Shown: positions 40,701 through 51,064, counted from the first letter of the stretch. The stretch: DNA of 64,000 nucleotides from Eledone cirrhosa (GCA_964016885.1 OZ024752.1:38440001-38504000), one strand, 5' to 3'. Numbers and translations are program-made. The notes: generated by a model not told the origin, from the letters alone.

Positions 40701-42553
40701 AACATTGAAGTCATCTTTTTCTCTTATCTCCATTCTGTCCCCCTCTTCCGTCCTCTCTCTCTCTATATATATATAGTTAAAGAATGAAGAGTAACATGGT
40801 TGGCTGTACAATAAGGGCTTTATTTAAAGTACTGACAATTGTTTCGTTGATCAGGTTGTACTCTGATGTGTTGACCAGAGGTAAATAATGTATTGGAGAT
40901 CGAATGACGCAACCTCAAGCAATTAGCGAACTCTAGACCCACCTGATCAACGAAACAATTGTCAGTACTTTAAATAAAGCCCTTATTGTACAGCCAACCA
41001 TGTTACTCTCATTCTTTAACTATTATTACTCCAAGTATAACCTACATAGGAATTACCGCGAACTCGCTGCATAACTATGGAAGCATCTTGTTGAGTCAAA
41101 CAAAGCCGCACGTTAAAACTATCCACGATGCAGAGTACTCCCAACCTCTAACTGGATTACCTATAATGATAATTTGTTATCCCATATATATATTTTTATT
41201 TTTATTTATTATTTTTTTTATGATGATATATGTATACCTCTCATGGAATGACCAAATGAGGTTTATTTTCCAACATAATCCCTGGAAAGAAACAATGTAG
41301 TTATTAATGAGAAGAGTTGACATTAATGCATGCCAGATTTCACAGCTCTAGCATCACTCCTTCATAGGGCTGACTAAGATACTCTCATGGAATGACCAAA
41401 TGAGGTTTATTTTCCAACATAATCCCTGGAAAGAAACAATGTAGTTATTAATGAGAAGAGTTGACATTAATGCATGCCAGATTTCACAGCTCTAGCATCA
41501 CTCCTTCATAGGGCTGACTAAGATACTCTCATGGAATGACCAAATGAGGTTTATTTTTCAACATAATCCCTGGAAAGAAACAATGTAGTTATTAATGAGA
41601 AGAGTTGAAATTAATGTATGCCAGATTTCACAGCATTAGCATCACTCCTTCATAGGGCTGACTAAGATACTCTCATGGAATGACCAAATGAGGTTTATTT
41701 TTCAACAAAGTCCCTGGAAAGAAACAATGTAATTATTAATGAGAAGAGTTGAAATTAATGTATGCCAGATTTCACAGCATTAGCATCACTCCTTCATAGT
41801 CAGCTGATGAACTTTTCAGCCAATCCTCATAGGTGTGTCTAGAACAACAGTATTTAATGTGTCCTCTTTTTTAAGATAATAGGGTAATTTTAGTGAGATT
41901 TGGTTGCTATTTCTTGCAGGTATAACAACAGCCCAGAGACTCCTTTTTTGTCTCAAACATTTATATACATCTGTTCTACTAAAATGTCATGATGCCCTGA
42001 AAAGATAGTCTGAACTTTCTCTTTAGCCACTGGTACTCGACCGAGCTCAGGCCAGCGACCAGCTACATCATACACACCAACCTTTCATCCAGCTGCTGGT
42101 ATTAGACCTAGTACAGGACTCCGGCCTCATTCAGCAATGGAAACAGCAACATTCCATACCCCAATGAATTCCACATCGGAGACATATATTCATGGATATG
42201 ATACAGGTTAGAACTGTTATTGACTTACCTTTCCTTGGTAGGAAGGCGTGTGGCGTGAAGGTGTGTGGCTGATTGGTTAGAGAATTGGATGCGCAATCGT
42301 AAGGTTGTGAGTTCGATTCCTGGACCAGGCGATGCGTTATGTCCTTGAGCAAGACACTTTATTTCACGTTGCTCCTTCTACCTGGAGTTGCGACCGATAG
42401 ATAGTATTAGCAATTGGAAAGACCAACGGAAACATTGTTCCCTCGGTCTGATTTGACGAAAGTCAATTGTTCCTTTTCCTTTCCTTGGTAACGCCAGAGA
42501 GTGTGTGGCTGTGGGTGTATATGTGAATGTATTATATATATTTGCTTATGTGC

Positions 42554-42584
<31 letters not shown>

Positions 42585-44858
42585 TGTATGTATTTGCTTA
42601 TGTGTGTGTGTGTATATATGTATATGTGAGGCTATATGCTTTTTTTTGTCTGTGTATGTATATGCTTTTTTGTGTGTGTCTGTATGTGAGTGTATGTATA
42701 TGCTTATGTGTGTGTGTGTGTGTGTATGTATATGTTTGTGTGTGTGTGTATGCTTTTATTCGTGCCACCAGCACTAGAGAGGTTGTCTTACTGGACTCAG
42801 AGGCCCTCTCCACCCTTCATATATATAGATAGATATCAAAATGGAGGCAGTAAAAACCAGTTAGGTCTTTACCCACCAGAGTACTCAATACTTGGGGTAG
42901 TAGAGTGGGTAATATGAAAAATTCAGGACCCCTATGGCTGAGCTCCCGCCATTTCAACAGCTAGATCCGAACAGATCTAGCTGTTGAAACAGCCACAGCT
43001 CAGCTGTTGGGGTCCTGAATTTTTCATATATATATATATATATATATATTGTTATACTTTGGGAGGGTCATGTTGCCAATAAGAAACACACGCACCAGTT
43101 GCTTTCACTTCAATTTATTATAATAAATTTATAATAAATGAACATAAACACACACAGACACCCGGATGTAACACATGCGCAGACTGAGCACACAACACAC
43201 ACACAGAAACAAAATGGCGTAGAACAGAACAAAGGAGAGGCACAGAAACAAAGGAAGGAATCCCCAGTCACTGAAGAGGTCACAGAGTGTGTGACGAAAG
43301 AACTATGACTATATATAAACAACTATCTGGTTGTGGAACCAACCAACCAACCAGAAATTTATAAATTTATAAATTTATTATAAATTTATTATAATAAATT
43401 GAAGTGAAAGCAACTGGTGCGTGTGATTCTTATTGGCAACATGACCCTCCCAAAGTATAACAATATCGGTTTCAACACACGATTTCAGATAAAGAATCTT
43501 GCTAAACAAATTCAGAAACGAAATATATATATATATATATATATTTTTTTTTTTATATATAAAGTGTGAAACTAATAAGAGTGTTAGTACCTATGTTTTA
43601 TCGTTTCCTTGGACTATTTATATATAGGTGTGTAAATACTCATACATGTATAATTGTGTTAATAAGTACTATATATGTCTAATGTATAGTAAGTACTATA
43701 CTTAGTAAGTACTATATATGTCTAATGAACATATATACACCTTTCAGATGTTTCTGAGTCTCCAGAATCAATCAGTGAACTTACAGACGGTTCTGTATTC
43801 TGTGGAAATCCTTCTAAAGCCCTGCGTTCCCGAATTAAACAGAAAGCGGCAGCCCCTTCAGGAAAAGAGAGAATGGTGTTTCCTCAGGTAACAGACATCA
43901 TACAGTATTGAGATATTTTTTTTGTATTTTTTTTCTTTTACCTGTGCTAAAGACACTTATATAATTAAATGATGGTAGAGATCAATAGTCTCATATTGTG
44001 CACTTTCTCCACAACCTCAGTTTGATTTGTCTGAGTTTTCAATGCCAAAATAATTGTTTCTACTTTTAGCACAAGGAGGACTTGTGCCTGTGTTTCTTAC
44101 ACCTGTGTTTCTTACACCTGTGTTTCTTACACCTGTATTTCTTACACCAGTGTTTCTTACACCTGTGTTTCTTACACCTGTGTTTCTTACACCTGTGTTT
44201 CTTACACCTGTATTTCTTACACCTGTGTTTCTTACACCTGTGTTTCTTACACCTGTATTTCTTACACCTGTGTTTCTTACACCTGTGTTTCTTACACCTG
44301 TATTTCTTACACCTGTGTTTCTTACACCTGTGTTTCTTACACCTGTGTTTCTTACACCTGTGTTTCTTACACCTGTGTTTCTTACACCTGTATTTCTTAC
44401 ACCTGTGTTTCTTACACCTGTGTTTCTTACACCTGTATTTCTTACACCTGTGTTTCTTACACCTGTGTTTCTTACACCTGTGTTTCTTACACCTGTGTTT
44501 CTTACACCTGTGTTTCTTACAGTTGTCTTCTTGTTTGTGGAGATTAAAAATTGTTTTAGCCTGAGATCACTCATTTAGTGTTTAGAGAGTTGCTAATAAT
44601 ATTGGAAAAAGTCACTGAGAGAGAGAGAGAGAGCATGCTGGTGAGTGAATGAAGCTATGCCAATCAGCTTAGCAACCCATTTTTTATGACTGCATAATAG
44701 GATGTTTAGATCATCAGCAACCTATGATGAATGTGAGAGGTTAATGTATATATAAATATATATATACATATATATTTATATATATTTATATAAATATACA
44801 TATATATTTATATATATTTATATAAATATATATATACATATATATTTATATATATATT

Positions 44859-44920
<62 letters not shown>

Positions 44921-45658
44921 TATATACGTAGAAGTTCTATTTAAATTGTTGGGATACAACAAGCAAATATTTTTATAACTGATATAAAGCACTCAACAAA
45001 TATTTGGAGTAAAAATACGATATTAACAAATGGAAACTATATTTATAAAACCATATTTATTTCATTATACATATTTCAAGGACACCAAGTTAAATTATGG
45101 TGTGCTTTCATCAGATAAAATATAATATAGATCAGTTTTATAAATAAATATTGACATACCCTTAAAGAATGCATTCTTTAAGGGTATGTCTTTATTTATA
45201 AAACTGATCTATATTATATTTTATCTGATGAAAGCACACCATAATTTAACTTGGTGTCCTTGAAATATGTATAATGAAATAAATATGGTTTTATAAATAT
45301 AGTTTCCATTTGTTAATATCGTATATTTATATATATATATATATATAATGAAGGAGTTGTGGTAAGGAACCAGATGGACCGTAACGCACCAGAGTACTCA
45401 ATACTTAGGGTAGTAGAGTGCGTAATAGGAAAATGTATGACCCCGACGGCAGAGCTCAAGCCGTTTCGACGGCTATTTCTGGACTAAATTCTGGACTATT
45501 TAGTCCAGAAATAGCCGTCGAAACGGCTTGAGCTCTGCCGTTGAGGGTCATACATTTTCCTATATCATCATCATCATCATCATCATCGTTTAACGTCCAT
45601 TTTCCACGCTAGCAAGGGTCTGTATATGTGTATAATATATATATATATATTTATATAT

Positions 45659-45704
<46 letters not shown>

Positions 45705-47115
45705 ATATATAGATATATATATATATATTTAAAGGTTAAACAAGGTTCAATGAATAAATCAATGAATAGTTTTACAATAGATTAGAAGCACTCCACAGAA
45801 ATGGTTTTCCGGAGTTATTAATATTAATTCAAAATATTAACAAATATAGACATTCGTGTGATCAAGTATATTTTATTATACATATTTCAGAGGTACTGAG
45901 CTATTTACAATGAGGGCGTACTGTTGTAAATAGCTCAGTACCTCTGAAATATGTATAATAAAATATACTTGGTCACACGAATGTCTATATTTGTTAATAT
46001 TTTGAATTAATATATATATATATATATATATTGTTATACTTTGGGAGGGTCATGTTGCCAATAAGAAACACACGTACCAGTTGCTTTCACTTCAATTTAT
46101 TATAATAAATTTATAATAAATTTATAAATTTATAAATTTCTGGTTGGTTGGTTGGTTCCACAACCAGATAGTTGTTTATATATTGTCATAGTTCTTTCGT
46201 CACACACTCTGTGACCTCTTCAGTGACTGGGGATTCCTTTCTTTGTTTCTGTGCCTCTCCTTTGTTCTGTCCTATGCCAACCAACCAACCAGAAATTTAT
46301 AAATTTATAAATTTATTATAAATTTATTATAATAAATTGAAGTGAAAGCAACTGGTGCGTGTGTTTCTTATTGGCAACATGACCCTCCCAAAGTATAACA
46401 ATATCGGTTTCAACACACGATTTCAGATAAAGAATCTTGCTAAACAAATTCAGAAACGAAATATATATATATATATATTACCAAAATTAGATTAAAGATG
46501 CCATGTCTGAGAGTATCAGAAGCATGCGCCATACCACCTGTGGAATAAGCTCAAAGATTCCAAGTAATAAATCCAAGCATTTATTAACATTAAATTAAAA
46601 GTCGAATGACATATATATATATATATAAAATAAACACATCAAACAATTACAGGGGATAATTTGTAAATAGTGTAAACACACATATATATATATACAATAT
46701 ATTAACAAATGGAAACTATATTTATAAAACCATATTTATTTCATTATACATATTTCAAGGACACCAAAGCAAATTATAGTGCGCTTTCATCAGATAAAAT
46801 ATAATATAGGTCAGTTTTATAAACAAATATTGACATACTATCTGGGAGCTTCCAACTACATGGTCGCATTCTTTAAGGGTATGTCAATATTTGTTTATAA
46901 AACTGATCTATATTATATTTTATCTGATGAAAGCGCACCATAATTTGCTTTGGAGTCCTTGAAATATGTATAATGAAATAAATATGGTTTTATAAATATA
47001 GTTTCCATTTGTTAATATATTGTATGTTTACTCCAAAAATGTGTTGAGTGCTTTATATCAGTTATAAAAATATTTGCTTGTTGTACCCCAACAAATTAAA
47101 TAGAACTTCTACATT

Positions 47116-47173
<58 letters not shown>

Positions 47174-47701
47174 CATTCATCATCATTGCTAATATTGGCA
47201 ATATGGCCGACATTACTCATGACACCACCACCACCACTACTACTGCTGTTGCTATTACTATACTACTACTACTGCTACTACTACTACTGCTGCTGCTGTT
47301 ATTACTATACTACTACTACTACTATTACTACTACTGCTGCTGCTATTACTATATTACTACTACTATTACCACTATTACTGCTGTTGCTGCTATTACTATA
47401 CTACTACTACTACTAGTACTACTACTACTACTACTACAACTACTGCTGTTACTGCTATTACTATACTACTACTACTATTACTGCTGTTGCTGCTATTACT
47501 ATACTACTACTACCACTATTACTGCTGTTGCTGCTATTACTATACTACTACTACTACTATTACTGCTGTTGCTGCTATTACTATACTACTACTACTACTA
47601 CCACTATTACTGCTGTTGCTGCTATTACTATACTACTACTACTACTACTACAACTACTGCTGTTGCTGTTATTACTACTACTACTACTGCTGCTATTACT
47701 A

Positions 47702-47737
<36 letters not shown>

Positions 47738-50632
47738 CCTTAATTACTCAGGTGTAAGATTGGATGGAGTGAGAGGCTTGAAACTTTACAAACTGTGACC
47801 AAAAATGTTTGTTCTATTCTAGTATTCTTTTATACCTGAGTACACATTTAACGAGTTTCTTGGTTTACTCTATTTTAGTATTCTTTTATACCTGAACACA
47901 CCTTTGATAAGTTGCCGACCGGAGATGAAAACTTAGCAGACATCATAAAACAACTTGAAAACTGGAAAGTAGAATATGAAAAGTAAGAATGTTTTATATT
48001 CCCTTACACCCTACCTTGCTGCCATCATCCCACCCCAACACCTATGTACCCAATTCTTCAGGCTTCTTCCACACCCACACACAACCCATCCAAGTCCCCA
48101 ACCTTCACCATAAAGTTGTCCCCCCGGAACCTCGACATTAAGTGCCCTCACTATATAGTGATTGTCTAGGAGTCGTGACAAAAGCTCCCAGTCCACTCTG
48201 TAAAGTGGTCGTGTAGGTGTCACGACAAAAAGCAACCAGCCCACACTGTAAAGTGGTCATATAGGTAGGTGTCACGACAAAAGCGCCCAGTCCACTCTGT
48301 AAAGTGGTCGTGTAGGTGTCACGACAAAAAGCAACCAGCCCACACTGTAAAGTGGTCATGTAGGTAGGTGTCACGATAAAAGCGTCCAGTCCACTCTGTA
48401 AAGTGGTCGTGTAGGTGTCACGACAAAAAGCAACCAGCCCACACTGTAAAGTGGTCATGTAGGTAGGTGTCACGATAAAAGCGTCCAGTCCACTCTGTAA
48501 AGTGGTCGTGTAGGTGTCACAACAAAAAGCAACCAGCCCACACTGTAAAGTGGTCATGTAGGTGTCATGACAAAAACGCCCAATCCACTCTGTAAAGTCG
48601 TTGTGTAAGAGTCATGATAAAAGCACCCAGTCCACATTGTAAAGTGGTCATGTAGGTAGGTGTCACGACAAAAGCGCCCAGTCCACTCTGTAAAGTGGTC
48701 GTGTAGGTGTCACGACAAAAGGCACCCAGCCCACAATAAGCACCCAACGTACACTGTAAATAAGGTTGGCGTTAGGAAGGGCATCCAGCTGTAGAAAATA
48801 AGCCAAAATCAGTTCTGTGTATGCGAATCAAGGTCCTCTGGCCTGATTTCTCACAAAGGGGACTGCCCGTCCTACCCATGCTAGCATGGAAAATGGGCGT
48901 TAAATGATGATGATGGTGTTTTATGTGTTTGTAATAATTCAATATTTGAGCCCTTTTGCGACACTATTTCAAATGTAATACACTTTATTTAACTTACTTG
49001 ATGGAGAATTTCACTATTTATTTATTCTGTTGTTAATATTATTATTGGGCAGTGGCTTCTAAATTGCTGGCTTTGTGCTTAAATCACCATCATCATCATC
49101 ATCATCATCATTATCATCATGGTGGATTGGCAGTATCGGTAGAGAGTCGGACGCCATGCTTTCCAGCATAGTTACGTCCCTTTATGATCTGAGTTCAAAT
49201 CCCGCCGAGGTTGACTTTGCCTTTCATCCTTACGGGGTCGATAAAATAAAGTACCAGTAATGCACTGGGTAATTGCTGTCCCTGTGCCTAAAGTAGAAAC
49301 AATTATCATCACTGTTGTTATTATTATATTCCACATTTATCTTATTCAAGATATCTACATATTTATCCCTTCATAATATATTTTGCTGTAAATATTTTGT
49401 TTGTTTTATCGTTGTTTGTTTTTAATTTCTTACATTTGTATTTATTGTGTTTTCATAAAATCTATGTCAAGATGTCAAAAAGCTATTAAAGAATCCTGCG
49501 CCCCACAAATTCTGAAGATTGACGAGGATAATATGGAAGACAACATCAAAGAATTTACAGAACCAGATAATATTGACTCTTTGGAAGCATTGTTATGGTT
49601 GTCTGGCAACAATGCTGAAGAAAATATGAGTGAAAGTACTTTAGAGGGAAGCTATAATGAAGATTATGAGTTTACCGATGAATTAAGTAGTATCACATCT
49701 GAGCTGAAGAATACACCTAGCTGTGATCTGCTCCCTAAACTTAGGGAGTCAACTAAATTCTCAAAATCTTCAAATACTCAACAGCTTCACCACCAACTTA
49801 CAACAATAAAACCAACCCCTTCTCTGATTGAAAAAAACCACCAGTAAGTATTAGTATGATTTTTAATGTTAGTTTGTTATAATGACTGAAATGAACTCAT
49901 GAGAGAACTTTTTACATGGTCTGTTGACCTCCTAGAAATACCAGTCAGATCTTCTCAAATCACATACTAGATAATTGTTTCTACTTTAGGCACAAGGCCA
50001 GCAATTACCCAGTTCATTACTGGTACTTTATTTTATCGACCCCGTAAGGATGAAAGGCAAAGTCAACCTCGGCGGGATTTGAACTCAGATCGTAAAGGGA
50101 CGTAACTATGCTGGAAAGCATGGCGTCCGACCCTCTACCGATACTGCCAATCCACCGGCCAATCACATACTAGATAATGTTATGCTAGCTAAATACGATG
50201 CATTGTTCACAATTCACACTCAGGCATCATACAACCAACCTTTCATTAGCAGGGAGAAACTTCTTGTTCATTATTCTTGCATGAATTTATTATGTAATTT
50301 TCAATTTTTACTTAAAATTTTTAAAAAAATTAAAGGAAACTGTTTACTTCATTTTAGTAACTTATGTTTAAAGCATTTTTGTGAAAAATAATTCCATTCC
50401 CATTAATATTCTTTCTTCTGATTCCACCAGATTATTTCCAAGATCTCCATCATTTAAAGAACCTGTCATCAAAAACCAAACTTTTAGTAATAAACAAGAA
50501 AAGAAGCCAAATTTGAAATATCTTTCTCGACCAAGTTCTGCCAGAGCAACCATTGGTTATGCCAATGCAACATCTTTACTTCCTTCCTTACCATCTATAT
50601 CTATCAAACAAAAACTGTATCCACCAAATTAA
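17212..50632 (+). CDS. LRRC56: Leucine-rich repeat-containing protein 56 (ODA8/DNAAF12-like), ~611 aa; join(17212-17358,21560-21708,24185-24364,31808-31922,37791-37980,42027-42206,43748-43887,47879-47982,49472-49843,50374-50632)
   Basis: Translation has LRRC56 hallmarks in order: [96 protein letters not shown]. All introns are GT-AG with compatible phases; total 1836 nt. The last acceptor is ambiguous. Confidence 0.93.
20198..20242 (-). ncRNA. Minimal hammerhead-like motif (C3U core variant)
   Basis: GCT-TTGATGA-TTCCGG...CTGGAA-GAAA-CAATTG-TC-AGC. Confidence 0.55.
20735..21195 (+). mobile_element. Palindromic PLE-related element between (TA)n tracts
   Basis: ~185-bp near-perfect inverted arms (20735-20920 / 20940-21125) plus a unique 70-bp tail. 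Confidence 0.65.
21560..21708 (+). CDS. LRRC56: LRRC56 coding exon 2 (absent from the ORF track)
   Basis: ttttag|[49 protein letters not shown]+AG|gtatgt. Confidence 0.93.
23140..23825 (-). mobile_element. RTE LINE fragment interrupted by a piggyBac-type MITE
   Basis: [19 protein letters not shown] motif; LINE sequence resumes after 23661. Confidence 0.7.
24185..24364 (+). CDS. LRRC56: LRRC56 coding exon 3 (LRRs)
   Basis: gtccag|[20 protein letters not shown]...LEILDLE TG|gtgagt. Confidence 0.95.
24500..24985. repeat. ~50-bp tandem repeat grown from a SINE tail
   Basis: GGCCAGG.CAGTCATGT.ACATACTGAATCT.CCTGAGAATTAC unit. Confidence 0.85.
25710..26152 (+). mobile_element. Palindromic hammerhead-bearing element, family 1 copy A
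   Basis: Inverted arms ~25710-25808 / 25886-25983 plus a 170-bp tail; (TA)n on both sides. Confidence 0.7.
25819..25926 (+). ncRNA. Hammerhead ribozyme variant with extended stem II
   Basis: AGCT-CCGAAGA-ACTGACTGGT...ACCAGTTCAGA-GAAA-CAATTG-TC-AGCT. Confidence 0.55.
27195..28085 (+). mobile_element. Head-to-tail array of a Meta-like SINE (191-bp unit x4 plus tail duplications); monomers at 1666, 4202, 23948, 49120, 49972(-), 50885, 52075-52870, 59712, 61728-62118(-, dimer)
   Basis: GAGTTCAAATCCC B box and the GCCTTTCATCCTT..GGGGTCGATAAAATAAAGTACCAG domain; 191-nt periodicity. Confidence 0.85.
28288..28900. repeat. (TGT)n/(TAC) compound microsatellite
   Basis: Direct. Confidence 0.95.
28979..30340. 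repeat. 49-bp minisatellite, ~28 copies
   Basis: ATCATAACTCTGTGGGTTATTAGAGGTTACTAAAACACTAAATAGATAT unit with recurring variants. Confidence 0.95.
30500..30978. repeat. (GGT)n/(TGT)n-based minisatellite
   Basis: Direct. Confidence 0.9.
31808..31922 (+). CDS. LRRC56: LRRC56 coding exon 4
   Basis: ttttcag|[39 protein letters not shown]|gtgagt. Confidence 0.95.
32021..32279. mobile_element. hAT-type MITE
   Basis: 8-bp TSD TTGAAGGG (32013-32020, 32280-32287); TIRs CAGAGTGGGATTTA / TAAATCTGGCCCTG. Confidence 0.8.
32973..33675. mobile_element. Mariner-type MITE with internal repeats and a captured fragment; relatives at 53443-53780, 41238-41831 (144-bp unit x4), 12484-12600
   Basis: TA TSD, TIR (C/T)GAGGG....CTGAAAA.TTCA. 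Confidence 0.75.
33491..33578 (-). pseudogene. Kelch-repeat gene fragment (KLHL10-like) inside a MITE
   Basis: [21 protein letters not shown] resembles KLHL10 GWSGGSPTNAIEAYDARADRW (recalled). Confidence 0.7.
37791..37980 (+). CDS. LRRC56: LRRC56 coding exon 5 (LRR cap)
   Basis: ctttcag|[21 protein letters not shown]...EDSV A|gtaagt. Confidence 0.93.
38066..38380. mobile_element. pogo/Tigger-type MITE
   Basis: TA-CAGTGGAACCTCAATTCA ... TGAACTGAGGTTCCACTG-TA. Confidence 0.8.
38875..39720 (+). mobile_element. CORE-like SINE with an internal 127-bp tandem amplification (~5 units)
   Basis: Repeating CAGCTGTAGAAATGAGATGATAGGGACTGGG...GGAAGGGCAT unit. Confidence 0.85.
40773..41183 (+). mobile_element. 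Palindromic hammerhead-bearing element, family 1 copy B (diverged)
   Basis: Inverted arms ~40773-40856 / 40941-41023; tail homologous to 25990-26152 (TAGGAATTAC...TTGTTGAGTCAAAC...TTTGTTA). Confidence 0.7.
40858..40968 (+). ncRNA. Hammerhead ribozyme variant with extended stem II
   Basis: GTACT-CTGATGT-GTTGACCAG...CTGATCAAC-GAAA-CAATTG-TC-AGTAC. Confidence 0.6.
42027..42206 (+). CDS. LRRC56: LRRC56 coding exon 6 (RPxS/T-rich; absent from the ORF track)
   Basis: ctttag|..[37 protein letters not shown]...GYDT G|gttaga, 180 nt, phase 1-1. Confidence 0.85.
43048..43521 (+). mobile_element. Palindromic hammerhead-bearing element, family 2 (also 46031-46460; stub at 26177-26207)
   Basis: All copies begin TATA|TTGTTATACTTTGGGAGGGTCATG; inverted arm lengths differ; the two full copies share the same ~59-bp tail; (TA)n flanks. 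Confidence 0.75.
43266..43310 (+). ncRNA. Minimal type-I hammerhead ribozyme motif (second copy at 46185-46227, minus)
   Basis: AGTCA-CTGAAGA-G-GTCACA gagtg TGTGAC-GAAA-GAAC-TA-TGACT: 5-bp stem I, 6-bp stem II, intact core, predicted cleavage after A43305. Confidence 0.75.
43748..43887 (+). CDS. LRRC56: LRRC56 coding exon 7
   Basis: tttcag|..[30 protein letters not shown]...FPQ|gtaaca. Confidence 0.92.
44086..44521. repeat. 15-bp minisatellite (CCTGTGTTTCTTACA), ~29 copies
   Basis: Direct tandem repeat. Confidence 0.97.
44927..47118. mobile_element. Cluster of palindromic elements separated by (TA)n: 44927-45325, 45348-45563, 45825-46012, 46031-46460, 46695-47118
   Basis: Each shows directly visible inverted arms; the first and last are the same family in opposite orientation. 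Confidence 0.75.
45220..45275 (+). ncRNA. Hammerhead-like motif; also at 46919-46975 (+), mirror copies on the minus strand, related copy at 16210-16270
   Basis: TTAT-CTGATGA-AAGCACACCA..TGGTGTCCTT-GAAA-TATG-TA-TAA; stem II clear, stem I needs a 1-nt bulge. Confidence 0.45.
47235..47735. repeat. (TAC)n/(TGC)n compound microsatellite
   Basis: Direct. Confidence 0.95.
47879..47982 (+). CDS. LRRC56: LRRC56 coding exon 8
   Basis: ttttag|[36 protein letters not shown]|gtaaga. Confidence 0.85.
48180..48915 (+). repeat. Tandem expansion of the RTE 3' UTR subrepeat (CCAGTCCACTCTGTAAAGTGGTC); similar arrays at 36765-37180, 31420-31680, 14880-15110
   Basis: Alternating ~45/47-bp units ending in the RTE tail. 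Confidence 0.8.
49472..49843 (+). CDS. LRRC56: LRRC56 coding exon 9 (acidic tail)
   Basis: tcaag|[20 protein letters not shown]...IEKNH CA|gtaagt; phase 2-2. Confidence 0.8.
50374..50632 (+). CDS. LRRC56: LRRC56 terminal coding exon (long frame)
   Basis: taaag|[10 protein letters not shown]...RPSSARA...LPSLPS...PPN*; AATAAA at 50640-50645; competing acceptor before 50358. Confidence 0.6.
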
Positions 50633-51064
50633 TTCTTTCAATAAATATGATTGACAATAGAAAGTGTTGTTTTAATTACCTACTTTCTTTTTTTTTTTTT
50701 TTTTGTGTGTATGAAATGTTTATTTAGTCTCTGTTTTATTTTACAAAGCTGTTTATACAAAAACAAAACACTATTAAAGAGAACAAAAAAAGAAAATGAA
50801 AAGAAGAAAAACTATGTTTTCATCCTGCGCCGTCATGTATTTTCTTGATGTGAACCCTTTGTGGTCAATAAAGAAACCATTATTTGGTAGTATCGGTAGA
50901 GTGTCAGACACCATGCTTTGACGCATAGAGTTACGGCCCTTGCCATTCTGAGTTCAAATCCCGCCAAGGTTAACTTTGCCTTTCATCCTTACGGGGTCGA
51001 TAAAATAAAGTACCAGTAATGCACTGGGTAATTGCTGGCCTTGTGCCAAAAGTAGAAACAATTA

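Noticed and set aside
44017-44578. (GVRNT)n / (PVFLT)n repeat proteins
   Set aside because: A 15-bp minisatellite that happens to lack stops; no supported exon structure
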